From: a virus
IMG/VR virus record: IMGVR_UViG_3300005529_000029
Location: 1 to 64,000 of that record
DNA length: 64,000 bases
Reading direction: 5' to 3' (one strand)
The position numbers were made by a program, and so were the translations under genes. This document shows, piece by piece, positions 1 to 10,203 of this stretch (the stretch's first letter is position 1; every line of letters begins with the position of its first letter). The notes under the pieces are model-generated. The model saw only the letters and a program-made list of their open reading frames with translations, did not search any database and was not told the origin of the DNA.

Positions 1-4
1 TTGA

Positions 5-51
5 TGGGGCCTGTAGGATTCGAACCTACAACCAACAGATTATGAGTCTAT
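5..51 (-). pseudogene. 3' half of tRNA(CAU) (Ile2 or Met), att core duplication
   Basis: Minus strand reads ATAGA-CTCATAA-TCTGT-TGGTT-GTAGG-TTCGAAT-CCTAC-AGGCCCC-A: anticodon arm, T arm and acceptor 3' strand; D arm and 5' acceptor strand absent. Confidence 0.88.
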
Positions 52-65
52 TCCCTGCCTTATCT

Positions 66-182
66 ATCGGTTTCGTATACGCTAAATCGGTTTCATTTTC
101 TTTCACTTAACCAAATCTAGCAATTGCACTTGGTTTTTATCGGTTTCACTCGGTTTTATTGACTTGGCACCATTTTGGCACC
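66..182. repeat. Putative integrase arm-type / Xis binding repeats
   Basis: ATCGGTTTC at 66, 86, 139 (variant at 150); TTGGCACC at 164 and 175, next to the att core. Confidence 0.6.
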
Positions 183-245
183 TTTTTCTTGACCTTAGAG
201 GGCAGAATATGTCAGTATATGTTTACGGAATAATGGAGGATTTTT

Positions 246-485
246 ATGCCGGAAGTTTCGATCAATGAGATTATTCAGCCTACATCTGACGTTGACCTAA
301 GCCAGATCGATGACTTCTTCACAGTACCGCAGATCGCGCTAAAACTGCAGAAATCTGAGCAGGCAGTCTATCGGCTAATCCGATCTGGACAGTTACCCCA
401 TGTGAGACTAAGCCAAAACTGCATACGGGTCACAGCCTCACAAATTAGGCAGTTTGTTAATCAGTCTTTAGAGATAATCGAGTGA
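246..485 (+). CDS. Excisionase-like HTH protein
   Basis: FTVPQIALKLQKSEQAVYRLIRSGQLPHVRL motif, GGAGG RBS, adjacent to att. Confidence 0.8.
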   Translation: MPEVSINEIIQPTSDVDLSQIDDFFTVPQIALKLQKSEQAVYRLIRSGQLPHVRLSQNCIRVTASQIRQFVNQSLEIIE

Positions 486-487
486 AA

Positions 488-799
488 TTAGCGCGACCGC
501 AGTTCTGCTAACTGCCTCTCTAGTTCGTCAACACGAGATCGCAATGACGAGAGCTCGCCGTACAGCTTGATCACGATCATCATGTACATAGTCCGGAAAA
601 CGTCCTGCCGCTGAGTGCCCCATAATCTATCGATGACATTATCGCCAAGCGCGAGGGTGTTATGAACTTCGGCCGATTCCCACGGAGACATAGAGCCCGT
701 CATCGAAATGAATCGATTCTTTTCGCGCTTCCAGATATCTTTATTGACCTTGAGCCTTTGATCCCAGGGCTGTTGATTGTTTTTGCTTTGGTGCGCCAC
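488..799 (-). CDS. Hypothetical protein
   Basis: 103-aa ORF with C-terminal coiled coil, convergent with xis. Confidence 0.4.
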   Translation of the reverse strand: MAHQSKNNQQPWDQRLKVNKDIWKREKNRFISMTGSMSPWESAEVHNTLALGDNVIDRLWGTQRQDVFRTMYMMIVIKLYGELSSLRSRVDELERQLAELRSR

Positions 800-1366
800 G
801 GAAACCCCTCCAGGAGCGTCTTCCCGTTGCGGCAGAGGCAGGATAACCTCGAACTTGACAGGAAAATAATAACAGGCTTCGTGTGCATCTCCAAACCGGC
901 ATCAAATCACTGCAGAACCTTGACACAACCGTGCCCACTATACAATCATTCGTCACGTGAAAGCCTGCACTGCGCACGTTCGTGGTTCGAACGCTTGTTA
1001 AAAGCGCAAGGCTGGAAACCCTATAGATGCCAGATCTGCGGATACCGATTTATCGCGAGATAGGGTTTCACTGACGATAGTCGGGTTCACAGATGAACCA
1101 CAGTCAGATAGGGCCTCTTACGTCAATCTCGCAACTGTCTGCCGTAATTGATTTATGAGTATTCCACTTCCAGGGCTTTTCGTAATCATTTCGCTGGGCA
1201 TCGCTGGAGGATGGCTTTCTCGTCACCTGTGGCAACGATCAAAAACCATCGCGATTTATTTTGCTCTTCAATCAATGATCCTGTTTGCCGTTGGCGTGTT
1301 CGCGCTGGTTCATCGCTTGTGATGGCCCCTTGACTTTGGATTGTCGCTGGTAAATTATTCCCGCCT

Positions 1367-2164
1367 ATGAATGATTGTGCGATCAAAGCCGAAGGCTTGG
1401 GCAAGCAATTCCGCTATTCACTGCTTGACTCAAAACACCAAACTGACAAAGACCAGACTTATGCAGATGGAATGGAACAATACTTTGATGGAGCGCTAGG
1501 CTCGACAGTAGACAAGCTCCGCAACTTCACAAAGTTTGTTCCGCGGCAGTCTCTCAGTATTTTTCTGGCTAAGCACGAACTGTTTAAACTTGCGCAGAAC
1601 GCCCACGGCAACATCGTAGAGTGCGGAGTGCATTTGGGCGGAGGGCTGATGACCTGGGCGCAGCTATGCGCAATTTACGAACCATATTCGCACGTCCGCA
1701 GGATCATCGGCTTTGATACTTTCACTGGCTTCACTGCCGTCTCAGCAAAGGATCAAGGAGCGCCTGTCCAATTCAAAACAGAGGGCGGACTGGCGACAGA
1801 AGCCGAAGAAGATTTGCAGGAGTGTATTAGATTGTTCGATCTCAATCGCCCCATAGGTCATATTCCAAAAATCGAACTAGTCAAAGGTAATGCTTGCCTG
1901 ACTATACCTGAGTACGTTGAGCGCAATCAGCATCTTGTCGTTTCGCTCTTATATCTGGACTTTGATCTATACGAGCCGACAAAGGTAGCGCTGGAAATCT
2001 TTCTTCCACGAATGCCAAAGGGTGCTATGATAGCATTCGATGAGTTGAATCAGGAAAGATGGCCGGGAGAAACTCTGGCTGTGTTGGAAACGGTGGGTAT
2101 TAGGAATCTTCGGATCCAGAAGATTCCTTTCACCCCTGGGATGTCGTATGCAGTGATAGAGTGA
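1367..2164 (+). CDS. TylF/MycF-family sugar O-methyltransferase
   Basis: GNIVECGVHLGGG, IIGFDTFTGF, LLYLDFDLYEPT, FDELN motifs. Confidence 0.85.
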   Translation: MNDCAIKAEGLGKQFRYSLLDSKHQTDKDQTYADGMEQYFDGALGSTVDKLRNFTKFVPRQSLSIFLAKHELFKLAQNAHGNIVECGVHLGGGLMTWAQLCAIYEPYSHVRRIIGFDTFTGFTAVSAKDQGAPVQFKTEGGLATEAEEDLQECIRLFDLNRPIGHIPKIELVKGNACLTIPEYVERNQHLVVSLLYLDFDLYEPTKVALEIFLPRMPKGAMIAFDELNQERWPGETLAVLETVGIRNLRIQKIPFTPGMSYAVIE

Positions 2165-3004
2165 TCAGTATACAGCCCACCGCGTGTCTAAATAACTGGT
2201 CAGGTTGGTAACATCGCCGGCCGAAAGGGCAGTGCTATAAACTCCCATCTCTGCAATATACCCGTTGAGAGTAAACGAAGATGTCCCGGAGTTGTTAATA
2301 CGCGAGCCGATTCCCCCGACATCGGTGCCTGTGCGCGCAAAGGTACTGCTACTGACCACCGTCCTGGAGACGCCATCGAATGTTATCGTATAGCTCCCCG
2401 TAGAAGTGTTTGTCCCACCATTATAGGTCGCGATTAAAATGTGCCAATTGCTATCAAAGACTGGATTGTAGCCGACTCCAGTCTGCGAACCAGCCAGATC
2501 ATTAATGAAGCTGACCGTCGTGTAACCCGCGACGGAGTTAATGATCAGCAGCTCACTGAAGGTCGTATTCTTCAGGGTAAACAGCTCGGCAGAGTTTCCC
2601 GATGAAAGCGATGCGACCTTATATACGATGAAAAAGCTCATCTGCCCTGATACGGCCAGAGTATCGTTAAACGCATCGTCGCTTCCATCAAATTGTAGAA
2701 CCTGCTTGCCATTCTGGATCGCCAGCTTTAACAACGGGCGCTTGCCCGAAGTCGACTGAGTGACGTTATTACCCTGACCACTCTGATCCTGCCAGCACCC
2801 AACCGGATCCGTATCGGCGGATGCAGCCGTGGTACAGCTAGATGCCTGGAATGTGCCAGTATCAGCTTTTAACCATTGCTTCAGGCCAGACGGTGTAGTC
2901 GGCGTCCAAGGTCCGCTAGGATACATAGGAAACCGGCGCACGGTTTGCGCTAACGACGGAACAATCATAGCGAAAAGGACAAGGGCGCAGAATAATTTCC
3001 TCAT
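2165..3004 (-). CDS. LamG/concanavalin-like domain protein with signal peptide
   Basis: WLKAD...WQDQSG...RP...NG...FDGSDD and GYIAEMGVYSTALS motifs; N-terminus MRKLFCALVLFAMIVPSLA. Confidence 0.7.
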   Translation of the reverse strand: MRKLFCALVLFAMIVPSLAQTVRRFPMYPSGPWTPTTPSGLKQWLKADTGTFQASSCTTAASADTDPVGCWQDQSGQGNNVTQSTSGKRPLLKLAIQNGKQVLQFDGSDDAFNDTLAVSGQMSFFIVYKVASLSSGNSAELFTLKNTTFSELLIINSVAGYTTVSFINDLAGSQTGVGYNPVFDSNWHILIATYNGGTNTSTGSYTITFDGVSRTVVSSSTFARTGTDVGGIGSRINNSGTSSFTLNGYIAEMGVYSTALSAGDVTNLTSYLDTRWAVY

Positions 3005-6000
3005 TATGGCAAGGACCTCCTCATCGTGACTTCGACCGCAACCAGGCGTCCCGTCGTAATCGGACTTGCCTCTGATCCATCCCGAGCAATCTTTAGGTGC
3101 ATTAGTTTGTTTGCCCCGCTACCCGTAATAGTGATCGAGGTCAGAGAGCTATTAGTTATCTGATTCGCCGATCCAGGCGCAGCAGTCGTAACCGTATTCG
3201 CGGTATTGAATGCCGGATCATCGGTAGCGCTCGCATTGTCGCCTGTGAATGCGGTAGAAACCAGCCATTTACAGTTACCGCTAGTTGAGGAGGTAAACCA
3301 GATGATCCGGACATCAATATTGCCTGTAAAATCTAACGGCAAATACAGAGTGGTCTGCGCGGTGGAGGCTGTCGAAAAATCGAGTACTCCCTTTTGCGTG
3401 TTTGTCCCAGTGACACAGCTCGCAGATGCCGCATTGCTGGTCGGCAAATCCCAGAATGGGCCAGCAGTCGCGTTATTGCAGCCAGCCCCAGGCAAAAGCA
3501 CTTTAGCTGGAAATGCATTCTCAGCAATCGTCACGCTGCCATTGCCATTGTCGGTCAGCCATCCGGCTGGAACGGTTAGTCTTGATACGGCTTGAACCGA
3601 CGTGGCTGCATCAGCAGTGACCACGGTCAACGGTATAACTCTCTGACGATCCCTGGCTCTCGCCTGCGCATTGACTCTGTCCTCTACCGCCGCTGCCATT
3701 TTCGCATTGCCCGTGTTTCCAATGTGCAAGCCATCGCTGTACATATCGACACTTGGGTCGACCGAGCTAAAATAATCGACCAGGGCGATGTTGAGCCCAT
3801 AGCCAGCAAGTCGATCAACGACGTATCTAATGTTTTTGTTGTATAAGGCGACGTTTGCATCGCTTCCGCCAAACGTTGAGTATCCCGTGCTATTCGCTCT
3901 CGGTATCAAACCAGCATAGACCTGTGGACCTGATTGAGAATTGATACCGCCATTACCAGCAACCCAATCAATAGTTGCATTATTGCCGGTCGTGGCAGGA
4001 GCGGTGATGACGACTGTGTGTGCGCCAAAATCCAACCCGTCAATGATGATCGTCCTCGGGCTATAATTACGACTGAAGTCGGTATTCACCGTCGCTGCTG
4101 GAATGCAATTGAACGTTCCTTTTGACACGCCATCGACGGTTACGCTCCACACGCCGTTCGTCGTCACCCCATCAGAGACAGGACTTTCAATAAAAACCGT
4201 ATCTCCTAAAACCGGAGGGAAAGTGAGAGTAGACAATGTTCCTGTGGCAAATAGCGTCATGGCGCCGCCATAGGTTGAATTGAGCGTCCAGCTTCCTGTT
4301 TTGGTTACTGATGAGTCGTTGGCACGTATCTTAAGCGCATCAGGAATTCCCAGCCAAAGCAGTTCTGCTTCTAAGCCCTCACGAAACACTTGTACCGAAC
4401 CAGCAGTGGCGCTATGGCGTTCGTTGTTGGTTCCAATTAAGAGGAAGTTCTGAGTCGAGTTCGTTGTGGGGACAATAGTTGCATAGATCGCGTCGGCTTG
4501 GTCAGCAACCCACGAACCAGCAAGACCAGAATCGGTATAGTGGCCAAACCAGCCCTGGGCATTTGCGACTAGTTGCGTGTACCTGTGCGCGGCATCTGTT
4601 GGTCCGGTCGTGGCCGCGTCATCTGTCAGCGAGTCACCAAAGAAATGAACAGAGTTGCCGGTTGTGTTTAAGTTTTGATTGCCGCCCGTCAGAGCAGCGA
4701 ATGCGCCGCCCTCGGTCGAAAGCATTACTTGATGAGTGCCCGAGTCGTAATAGAATTTAGCGAAACCTGCCGCGCTAAGAGCAGGGACCGTTTGACCCGT
4801 AAGAATCAGTGGCGCTTTCAGAGTAAAATCGCCGTTGTTCTGGATCGTTGCTCGGCTGAATCCATTATGCGTCTGGAAATCGATGACGCCTGTTCCAGAA
4901 CCGCCACTATCGGCGCCTATTGTTGTCGAGCCAGCGTTAATTACACCGCCAGGATTTCCAAGCCCAGTACAGGCTGAGCAATTGATCACAGGCGTTCCGA
5001 GAAATGTTCCCGAGAGCGTTCCGCCAGAGATCGTCGGGCTTGTATATGTTCCTCCAATTATGCCGCCCGTGTTCGTTACTATGCCGGCGACGATTCCGCC
5101 ATTTATGGTAGGACTGTTGAGAACTGTTGTGTTGAGGGTCTTGCTCGACATAGTTCCGGGCAAGTCGCCATCTAAAATACTACTGAAACCAGTGTCAGTT
5201 CCGTCTGTTCTAACATATGTACCAGCACCGCCCCGAGGCACAGCGGCCCACTTATTGGCGGAATTTCCGACAATTATTGCGCCGCGGGTTGGTGATCCAG
5301 TAGCCGTATCGCTATGAAGCGAACCGAGTAAGCTATGGCTCAAAGTAATCGCGTTCACCTGTGCTGCGATCGCCTCAACTTCATCAGATGTTGCAAGCTG
5401 GATCTGAGAACCATTTAGATTATAGAGTTGATTAGCCGCAAGAGTTGTCTGAGTAATTGGCGATGTACTCGCTGGAATATTGTAATAGAACGGACCTTGT
5501 CGTGAGGCTCCATTCACGATCCACAGCACATAAAAGGTATTTGGCGAAAGCCCGATCGTGCTGTAGAGGCTGACCGTATAATTGCCACCACTATCGAGTG
5601 TCCGGCTAACACTGCTGCCACCAACGATAAAAAACCCGTCAAATGTCGTTGCAGTTTGCGCGAGAGCCCAGACAGCCTGTCCAACCATCGGAGAGCCATC
5701 AGGATTCGTCAGGGTTCCGTTGATTGTCGTCCTACTATTCTGTACGTTCAGACTTATTGTCGCCGCTGAACTGGTCACACTTCCAGTCGTACAAGAGCCA
5801 GTCGTAAATGCAGTAGCGGTGAACGTAAACGAATCCGTTCCCGCATATCCCGACGCGCTAGTATAGAGTACCAGTCCAGTCGCGCTATTCAATTGTGAGA
5901 GCGTTCCATGTGATGGTCCAGTGCCAATCGCATAGGTTATTGCGCAACCTTCAGGACTGACCGCGGGCATGTAGATCCTACGCACGAATCCTGTGATCGC

Positions 6001-6114
6001 ACCAATAGGCCCGAGATTCGATGCCACAGGTCCAGTAAATGCTCTGGCATTGATAGATGCCACTGTAATGATCAACAGACAGATCAGAGAGAGAGTCGTT
6101 AAGATTTTCTTCAT
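3004..6114 (-). CDS. Tail fibre/spike-like protein with Ig-like domain and SGNH/GDSL esterase; signal peptide
   Basis: FFGDSLT, GTNN and DGLH blocks; GPSHGTL...YAGTDSFTF Ig-like motif; likely start MKKIL at 6114 with AGGA RBS. Confidence 0.7.
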   Translation of the reverse strand: MKKILTTLSLICLLIITVASINARAFTGPVASNLGPIGAITGFVRRIYMPAVSPEGCAITYAIGTGPSHGTLSQLNSATGLVLYTSASGYAGTDSFTFTATAFTTGSCTTGSVTSSAATISLNVQNSRTTINGTLTNPDGSPMVGQAVWALAQTATTFDGFFIVGGSSVSRTLDSGGNYTVSLYSTIGLSPNTFYVLWIVNGASRQGPFYYNIPASTSPITQTTLAANQLYNLNGSQIQLATSDEVEAIAAQVNAITLSHSLLGSLHSDTATGSPTRGAIIVGNSANKWAAVPRGGAGTYVRTDGTDTGFSSILDGDLPGTMSSKTLNTTVLNSPTINGGIVAGIVTNTGGIIGGTYTSPTISGGTLSGTFLGTPVINCSACTGLGNPGGVINAGSTTIGADSGGSGTGVIDFQTHNGFSRATIQNNGDFTLKAPLILTGQTVPALSAAGFAKFYYDSGTHQVMLSTEGGAFAALTGGNQNLNTTGNSVHFFGDSLTDDAATTGPTDAAHRYTQLVANAQGWFGHYTDSGLAGSWVADQADAIYATIVPTTNSTQNFLLIGTNNERHSATAGSVQVFREGLEAELLWLGIPDALKIRANDSSVTKTGSWTLNSTYGGAMTLFATGTLSTLTFPPVLGDTVFIESPVSDGVTTNGVWSVTVDGVSKGTFNCIPAATVNTDFSRNYSPRTIIIDGLDFGAHTVVITAPATTGNNATIDWVAGNGGINSQSGPQVYAGLIPRANSTGYSTFGGSDANVALYNKNIRYVVDRLAGYGLNIALVDYFSSVDPSVDMYSDGLHIGNTGNAKMAAAVEDRVNAQARARDRQRVIPLTVVTADAATSVQAVSRLTVPAGWLTDNGNGSVTIAENAFPAKVLLPGAGCNNATAGPFWDLPTSNAASASCVTGTNTQKGVLDFSTASTAQTTLYLPLDFTGNIDVRIIWFTSSTSGNCKWLVSTAFTGDNASATDDPAFNTANTVTTAAPGSANQITNSSLTSITITGSGANKLMHLKIARDGSEASPITTGRLVAVEVTMRRSLP

Positions 6115-6193
6115 CGCAGTTTTCCTTTCTGAATATATTTCACTACGTAAAAACACCGCAATAATCCTGAAAGCGAATTCACTTTTTGTTTTT

Positions 6194-7162
6194 CTATGTG
6201 ATTAAATCCGCTGGCTGCTTATCAGGTGGTCCAGGATCGCTACCACCACTGCTACCACCACTACCACCGCTTGAAAATTCAACAGATATAGGTGTTGAAA
6301 ATGGACTCCAAGGTCCATTGATTCCTGCTGAGCTGTGCGCAACTTTTACATGTCGTGTCTGTAATCCAGTGTCAGAATGCCGAGTGACAAATTCATAAGT
6401 TGGATCAGAGATGCCTGCTAAGAGATCACGATAAGTTGTGGTCAGGTTTGTTGTGAATCCAGCATCATCGGCAGAGATAACTTGTCGCGCAACTGTGTAT
6501 GGACCGAAACCGCCAACTTTAAGAGTAATGCTCAAATCGCTTGAAGCCCCGAGCTGTGCAATCGTCGGAGTATTATTCTCTCGATTCTGAGCATACGGTC
6601 CATTGAAAGTGACATCTGCCCAACTCGAATATTTACGAATACCAAAAGCATTTATGGGATTGAAACCAACCCAGATCGTTTGATCTTTTGCCCAAAAGTT
6701 ATTGATCGTGATTTCCGTATTAATGCTATATGGTCCATACTCTTTCACTGCATGAGTAGGATCGCCATCTATCCTAACTCCAACGATTACACCGGCTGCA
6801 TTAATGGTTGGAGTAGGTAAGGATATTGGAAGCGCTTCCGGACGAAAGATTAAGTTTAATCCTCGGGAAGGTCGAACGACAATATTCATTCCAGGAGATG
6901 CAGTGCCACTTACTGTAACCTGTTGTGCCCATCCCTTACGTCCATGGCCGTCATCCTCAAGTCTGAAATTTACATGTGTTCCCACCGCTACTGATAAAGT
7001 CCCCGCTGGAATATTGCCACTCGAATCCGTTGAACCAATTGAACCGAGATCAGTATTCGTATCTGCGTTATAGGCTTTAATAGTCTTGCCAGCAATAGGA
7101 GTTAAAGACCCATCAGAGTCTTTAAATATGCTAACATTAAATGATCCGTAATTGCTCGACAT
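6194..7162 (-). CDS. Putative minor tail protein
   Basis: Position in tail operon, beta-rich sequence, GPWSPFS FnIII-like end. Confidence 0.55.
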   Translation of the reverse strand: MSSNYGSFNVSIFKDSDGSLTPIAGKTIKAYNADTNTDLGSIGSTDSSGNIPAGTLSVAVGTHVNFRLEDDGHGRKGWAQQVTVSGTASPGMNIVVRPSRGLNLIFRPEALPISLPTPTINAAGVIVGVRIDGDPTHAVKEYGPYSINTEITINNFWAKDQTIWVGFNPINAFGIRKYSSWADVTFNGPYAQNRENNTPTIAQLGASSDLSITLKVGGFGPYTVARQVISADDAGFTTNLTTTYRDLLAGISDPTYEFVTRHSDTGLQTRHVKVAHSSAGINGPWSPFSTPISVEFSSGGSGGSSGGSDPGPPDKQPADLIT

Positions 7163-7171
7163 CTTAAACTC

Positions 7172-7423
7172 TTATTCTGTTGTCGGTTCGCAATAATTAG
7201 CCATGCCTTGATATACGGCACCTATTCTTAGCAGAGTACCAGTGACAACATTGATTGTCGGTTCGACTACAACACCCTGGGAATCGCTCTGTAATCCAGG
7301 ATCAGGAGAAACGGCCGCATCCAATGTTGCATTGAATGTCGTCAATGAGAGATTAGGGACAATAGTCGCATCATAACCAGTTCCTTGCTTATAAACATCG
7401 AATGTCAGCACGATCGAGCTCAT
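7172..7423 (-). CDS. Small putative tail protein
   Basis: In operon between tail genes. Confidence 0.5.
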   Translation of the reverse strand: MSSIVLTFDVYKQGTGYDATIVPNLSLTTFNATLDAAVSPDPGLQSDSQGVVVEPTINVVTGTLLRIGAVYQGMANYCEPTTE

Positions 7424-7429
7424 AAATCT

Positions 7430-9760
7430 CTATTCCAACGACAGTATAAATCGGAACGCATCATCCCCTAATAATGGATTCTTGATCTTTGGATCCTTTG
7501 GTATGTTTCCAGGTCCTCCAGCACCAGGCCCTGTTCCAGGTCCACCACTACCACCGCTGCCAGGTCCAGTAATTGGTGGTGAGAGCCTTCTCGGCAAAGG
7601 CTGCGTATTATCTTCGTGAACTGCATAATAGGCATCTGGATATGCCTGACAGGTTACCGTTACGCGAAGACCCTTATATTCAAGGTTCATCACGCGAAAA
7701 TATTTAAATCCCCAGACCTTTACCATGCGATCAAGCTTATATGAGTCAATTTGGATGATTCGATATGGGTGCAATGTGAGAGCATCTAATAACGTTGTGT
7801 CAAAAGTTACCCAAATTGGATTAACCAAACCACCATTGTCGAATTCGCCAACATCGAGTAAGCGATTAATAATCCGGAGAGCCTCCGCATAGCTCGTCAC
7901 GCCAGTTAAGAAATATGGCTTCTTAACCCGTTTAATTGTGTTATCACCAGCATTCTCTCCAGCTTTCTTTTGCGCAGGAAGGTCTTTAACAATTAATGGT
8001 CGTTCAGCATATCCATCAAGACTGGCATCATCGAATCGACCCTCAATCTCATTTGGCTGCTCGTCAATTAAGTTTTCGCCACAGTCGCAACTTGATACTT
8101 TCCCATCTGGACCAGGTAGGATATTTTGCCAGGGAGCATCCTCTCGATCAGTGAATACCAAGATATTTGCAAGATCGTCTTTGGTAATTGGAATAATGCG
8201 CATCTGCCCTTCAAACATGAAAGGCATCGATGTAAACCGAAACATGAAGAAGTCGCGTAATTGATCCTGCACTTTGCGACCATGCCATTCACCATTCCAG
8301 GTGGATCGTTGAACTGTCGTCTGAGTTGTATCAGGATTAAAACTAGAAACGCTATCTGTGTAATAGCTGGCAAGGTTAATCCAATCTTGAATGACCAGTC
8401 TCTTTAGGTCGACACCTTGACCCCACATACGATCACGATAGGACTCCAGAGCGAACCATGCAGGGTTATTGCTCCAGCCATTTGAGAAAGTCACTGGATC
8501 GCTATAAATCCTGAGATTACTCAGACCACTAACCATGACCTTGACATTAAAGTTAGCCGCAACCTGCCCAGCAAAATTCCCTTTCTGAACGACCACAAGA
8601 ACAGCTCGAGAACTGAAGTTTGCTGTAGGTATTGCTGGAATAAATGCAGTCGATGACTGCATCACAGTTCCAAGTCTGAAGATCGAATTCGAAATATCAA
8701 CAGGAATGTCATTAATTGATGGCTGACTTAATGATTGAATTGGTCCTTCGCAGACGATACAGACAAGGGTAACCGAGCCTCTTTCCGGATGATCAGGATT
8801 GGTCTGAATCGTAATTTGAACAATGTCACATTGCTTTGTCAGTCGGGTACCACCAATGACTCTGACCGGCTCACTTAAAGCGCTATCATTGCCAATAGAT
8901 TGATCGAGCGTCTTGCTATCTTGCCTGAATGGAAGCCCATTATTAACTTGAATCGAATCTATTCCTGTGTATGGTAGGTTCTTAAGATTATTGGGAAAGA
9001 ACGTGGGGCATCCGCCAGTAGCATTAAGCCGATTACATTTTGATACACCAGGAACAGTAACACCAACTCCTATCGATGGATCATAAGGGCATCGGTTCGC
9101 TGCTCTTGCTGCATGATTTGGAGTTCCATCCGGATTATTAAAGAGCTCTGGATATTCTTCCGGAAAATCATTAAAGCAGAATGGATAGAATGGAGCATTA
9201 GGAAGATCCTGCTGGCTTGTCCGAAATCCCCACGAGGCCTTGAATTTGATCGTCGGTCCAGTAATAGATTGAACTGGATTCGTATATCCAAACCAAAGTG
9301 ATTTCAACAAACTCTGCTGAGGCATCCAGATGAAAATCTCAACTGGAACTCCGGCGCCTCCTTTTGGAGTGGGATCACTACCCTTTCCCTGGCTAACGGT
9401 CCAATAAGCATCCTCGATCACGCCATCAAGGTTACTTAACTCTATCTGAATAGTCGTATCTTTTGCCTGTGTCTGATCACCGCCTATCGAGAATGCTGGA
9501 AAACATTCTTCAGCATTGCCACTAGTTCCTCCTGATCGTAAGATCAAACGGTTCTCAATTGGACTAAAAGGCATCTGCCCAAAAATCTCTGGTGGAAATA
9601 GATATGGATCATCATATGGTCCAGCGGCATAATATTTTGTTCCAATTGGCTCAGGCCAATAGAAAGCCACAAACCCAAGATAGAATACGCTCTCACCCTG
9701 CGCGCGAAGGTTCTTTAGCGCTTGCCATTTTGTCTGATCTATAGTTGATAACTCGATCAT
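7430..9760 (-). CDS. Tail tip/hub protein (gpJ/Tal-like)
   Basis: VCEGPI, SNNPAW, PNEIEGRF motifs; likely start 9760 overlapping the upstream stop (ATGA). Confidence 0.75.
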   Translation of the reverse strand: MIELSTIDQTKWQALKNLRAQGESVFYLGFVAFYWPEPIGTKYYAAGPYDDPYLFPPEIFGQMPFSPIENRLILRSGGTSGNAEECFPAFSIGGDQTQAKDTTIQIELSNLDGVIEDAYWTVSQGKGSDPTPKGGAGVPVEIFIWMPQQSLLKSLWFGYTNPVQSITGPTIKFKASWGFRTSQQDLPNAPFYPFCFNDFPEEYPELFNNPDGTPNHAARAANRCPYDPSIGVGVTVPGVSKCNRLNATGGCPTFFPNNLKNLPYTGIDSIQVNNGLPFRQDSKTLDQSIGNDSALSEPVRVIGGTRLTKQCDIVQITIQTNPDHPERGSVTLVCIVCEGPIQSLSQPSINDIPVDISNSIFRLGTVMQSSTAFIPAIPTANFSSRAVLVVVQKGNFAGQVAANFNVKVMVSGLSNLRIYSDPVTFSNGWSNNPAWFALESYRDRMWGQGVDLKRLVIQDWINLASYYTDSVSSFNPDTTQTTVQRSTWNGEWHGRKVQDQLRDFFMFRFTSMPFMFEGQMRIIPITKDDLANILVFTDREDAPWQNILPGPDGKVSSCDCGENLIDEQPNEIEGRFDDASLDGYAERPLIVKDLPAQKKAGENAGDNTIKRVKKPYFLTGVTSYAEALRIINRLLDVGEFDNGGLVNPIWVTFDTTLLDALTLHPYRIIQIDSYKLDRMVKVWGFKYFRVMNLEYKGLRVTVTCQAYPDAYYAVHEDNTQPLPRRLSPPITGPGSGGSGGPGTGPGAGGPGNIPKDPKIKNPLLGDDAFRFILSLE

Positions 9761-10203
9761 ATCATCATTGGATTTGGCAAATTGGCAATTCCATAATCGC
9801 CGGCACCATATTGGATCATCTTCACTGTGCCAGCCCAGACACGCCACTGAAAACCTTGCATATCCATTTGATCATCAACGAAGGTATAGAGACGATCGAC
9901 CATATCGTCATTGCCCTTAACAATTCCTGTCACAATAAAAATCTTCCTTCCAGCAGCGCAATGACGTTCATAGAACCCATAGAGATAAGGCAACTCCGGA
10001 AGGAGAGTGCCTAGATCATCTGGATACGAGCCATATTGTTCACGAACACCGGTAAAGTTAAGCGTCAAAATATATCGAGGCAAAGTCGTATCGAACTTTC
10101 CAAACTCATCAATTCCACCACGATGTGGTACGCGAACATTGCCTAACGCCATCTGACTAACTGTTAGACCGTAATCGCTTGGAAGTTGAAAAGTCTCTGG
10201 CAT
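9757..10203 (-). CDS. Putative distal tail protein
   Basis: Immediately downstream of TMP, translationally coupled. Confidence 0.55.
   Translation of the reverse strand: MPETFQLPSDYGLTVSQMALGNVRVPHRGGIDEFGKFDTTLPRYILTLNFTGVREQYGSYPDDLGTLLPELPYLYGFYERHCAAGRKIFIVTGIVKGNDDMVDRLYTFVDDQMDMQGFQWRVWAGTVKMIQYGAGDYGIANLPNPMMI

Noticed and set aside
1-60. Functional tRNA gene
   Set aside because: 5' acceptor strand and D arm are missing
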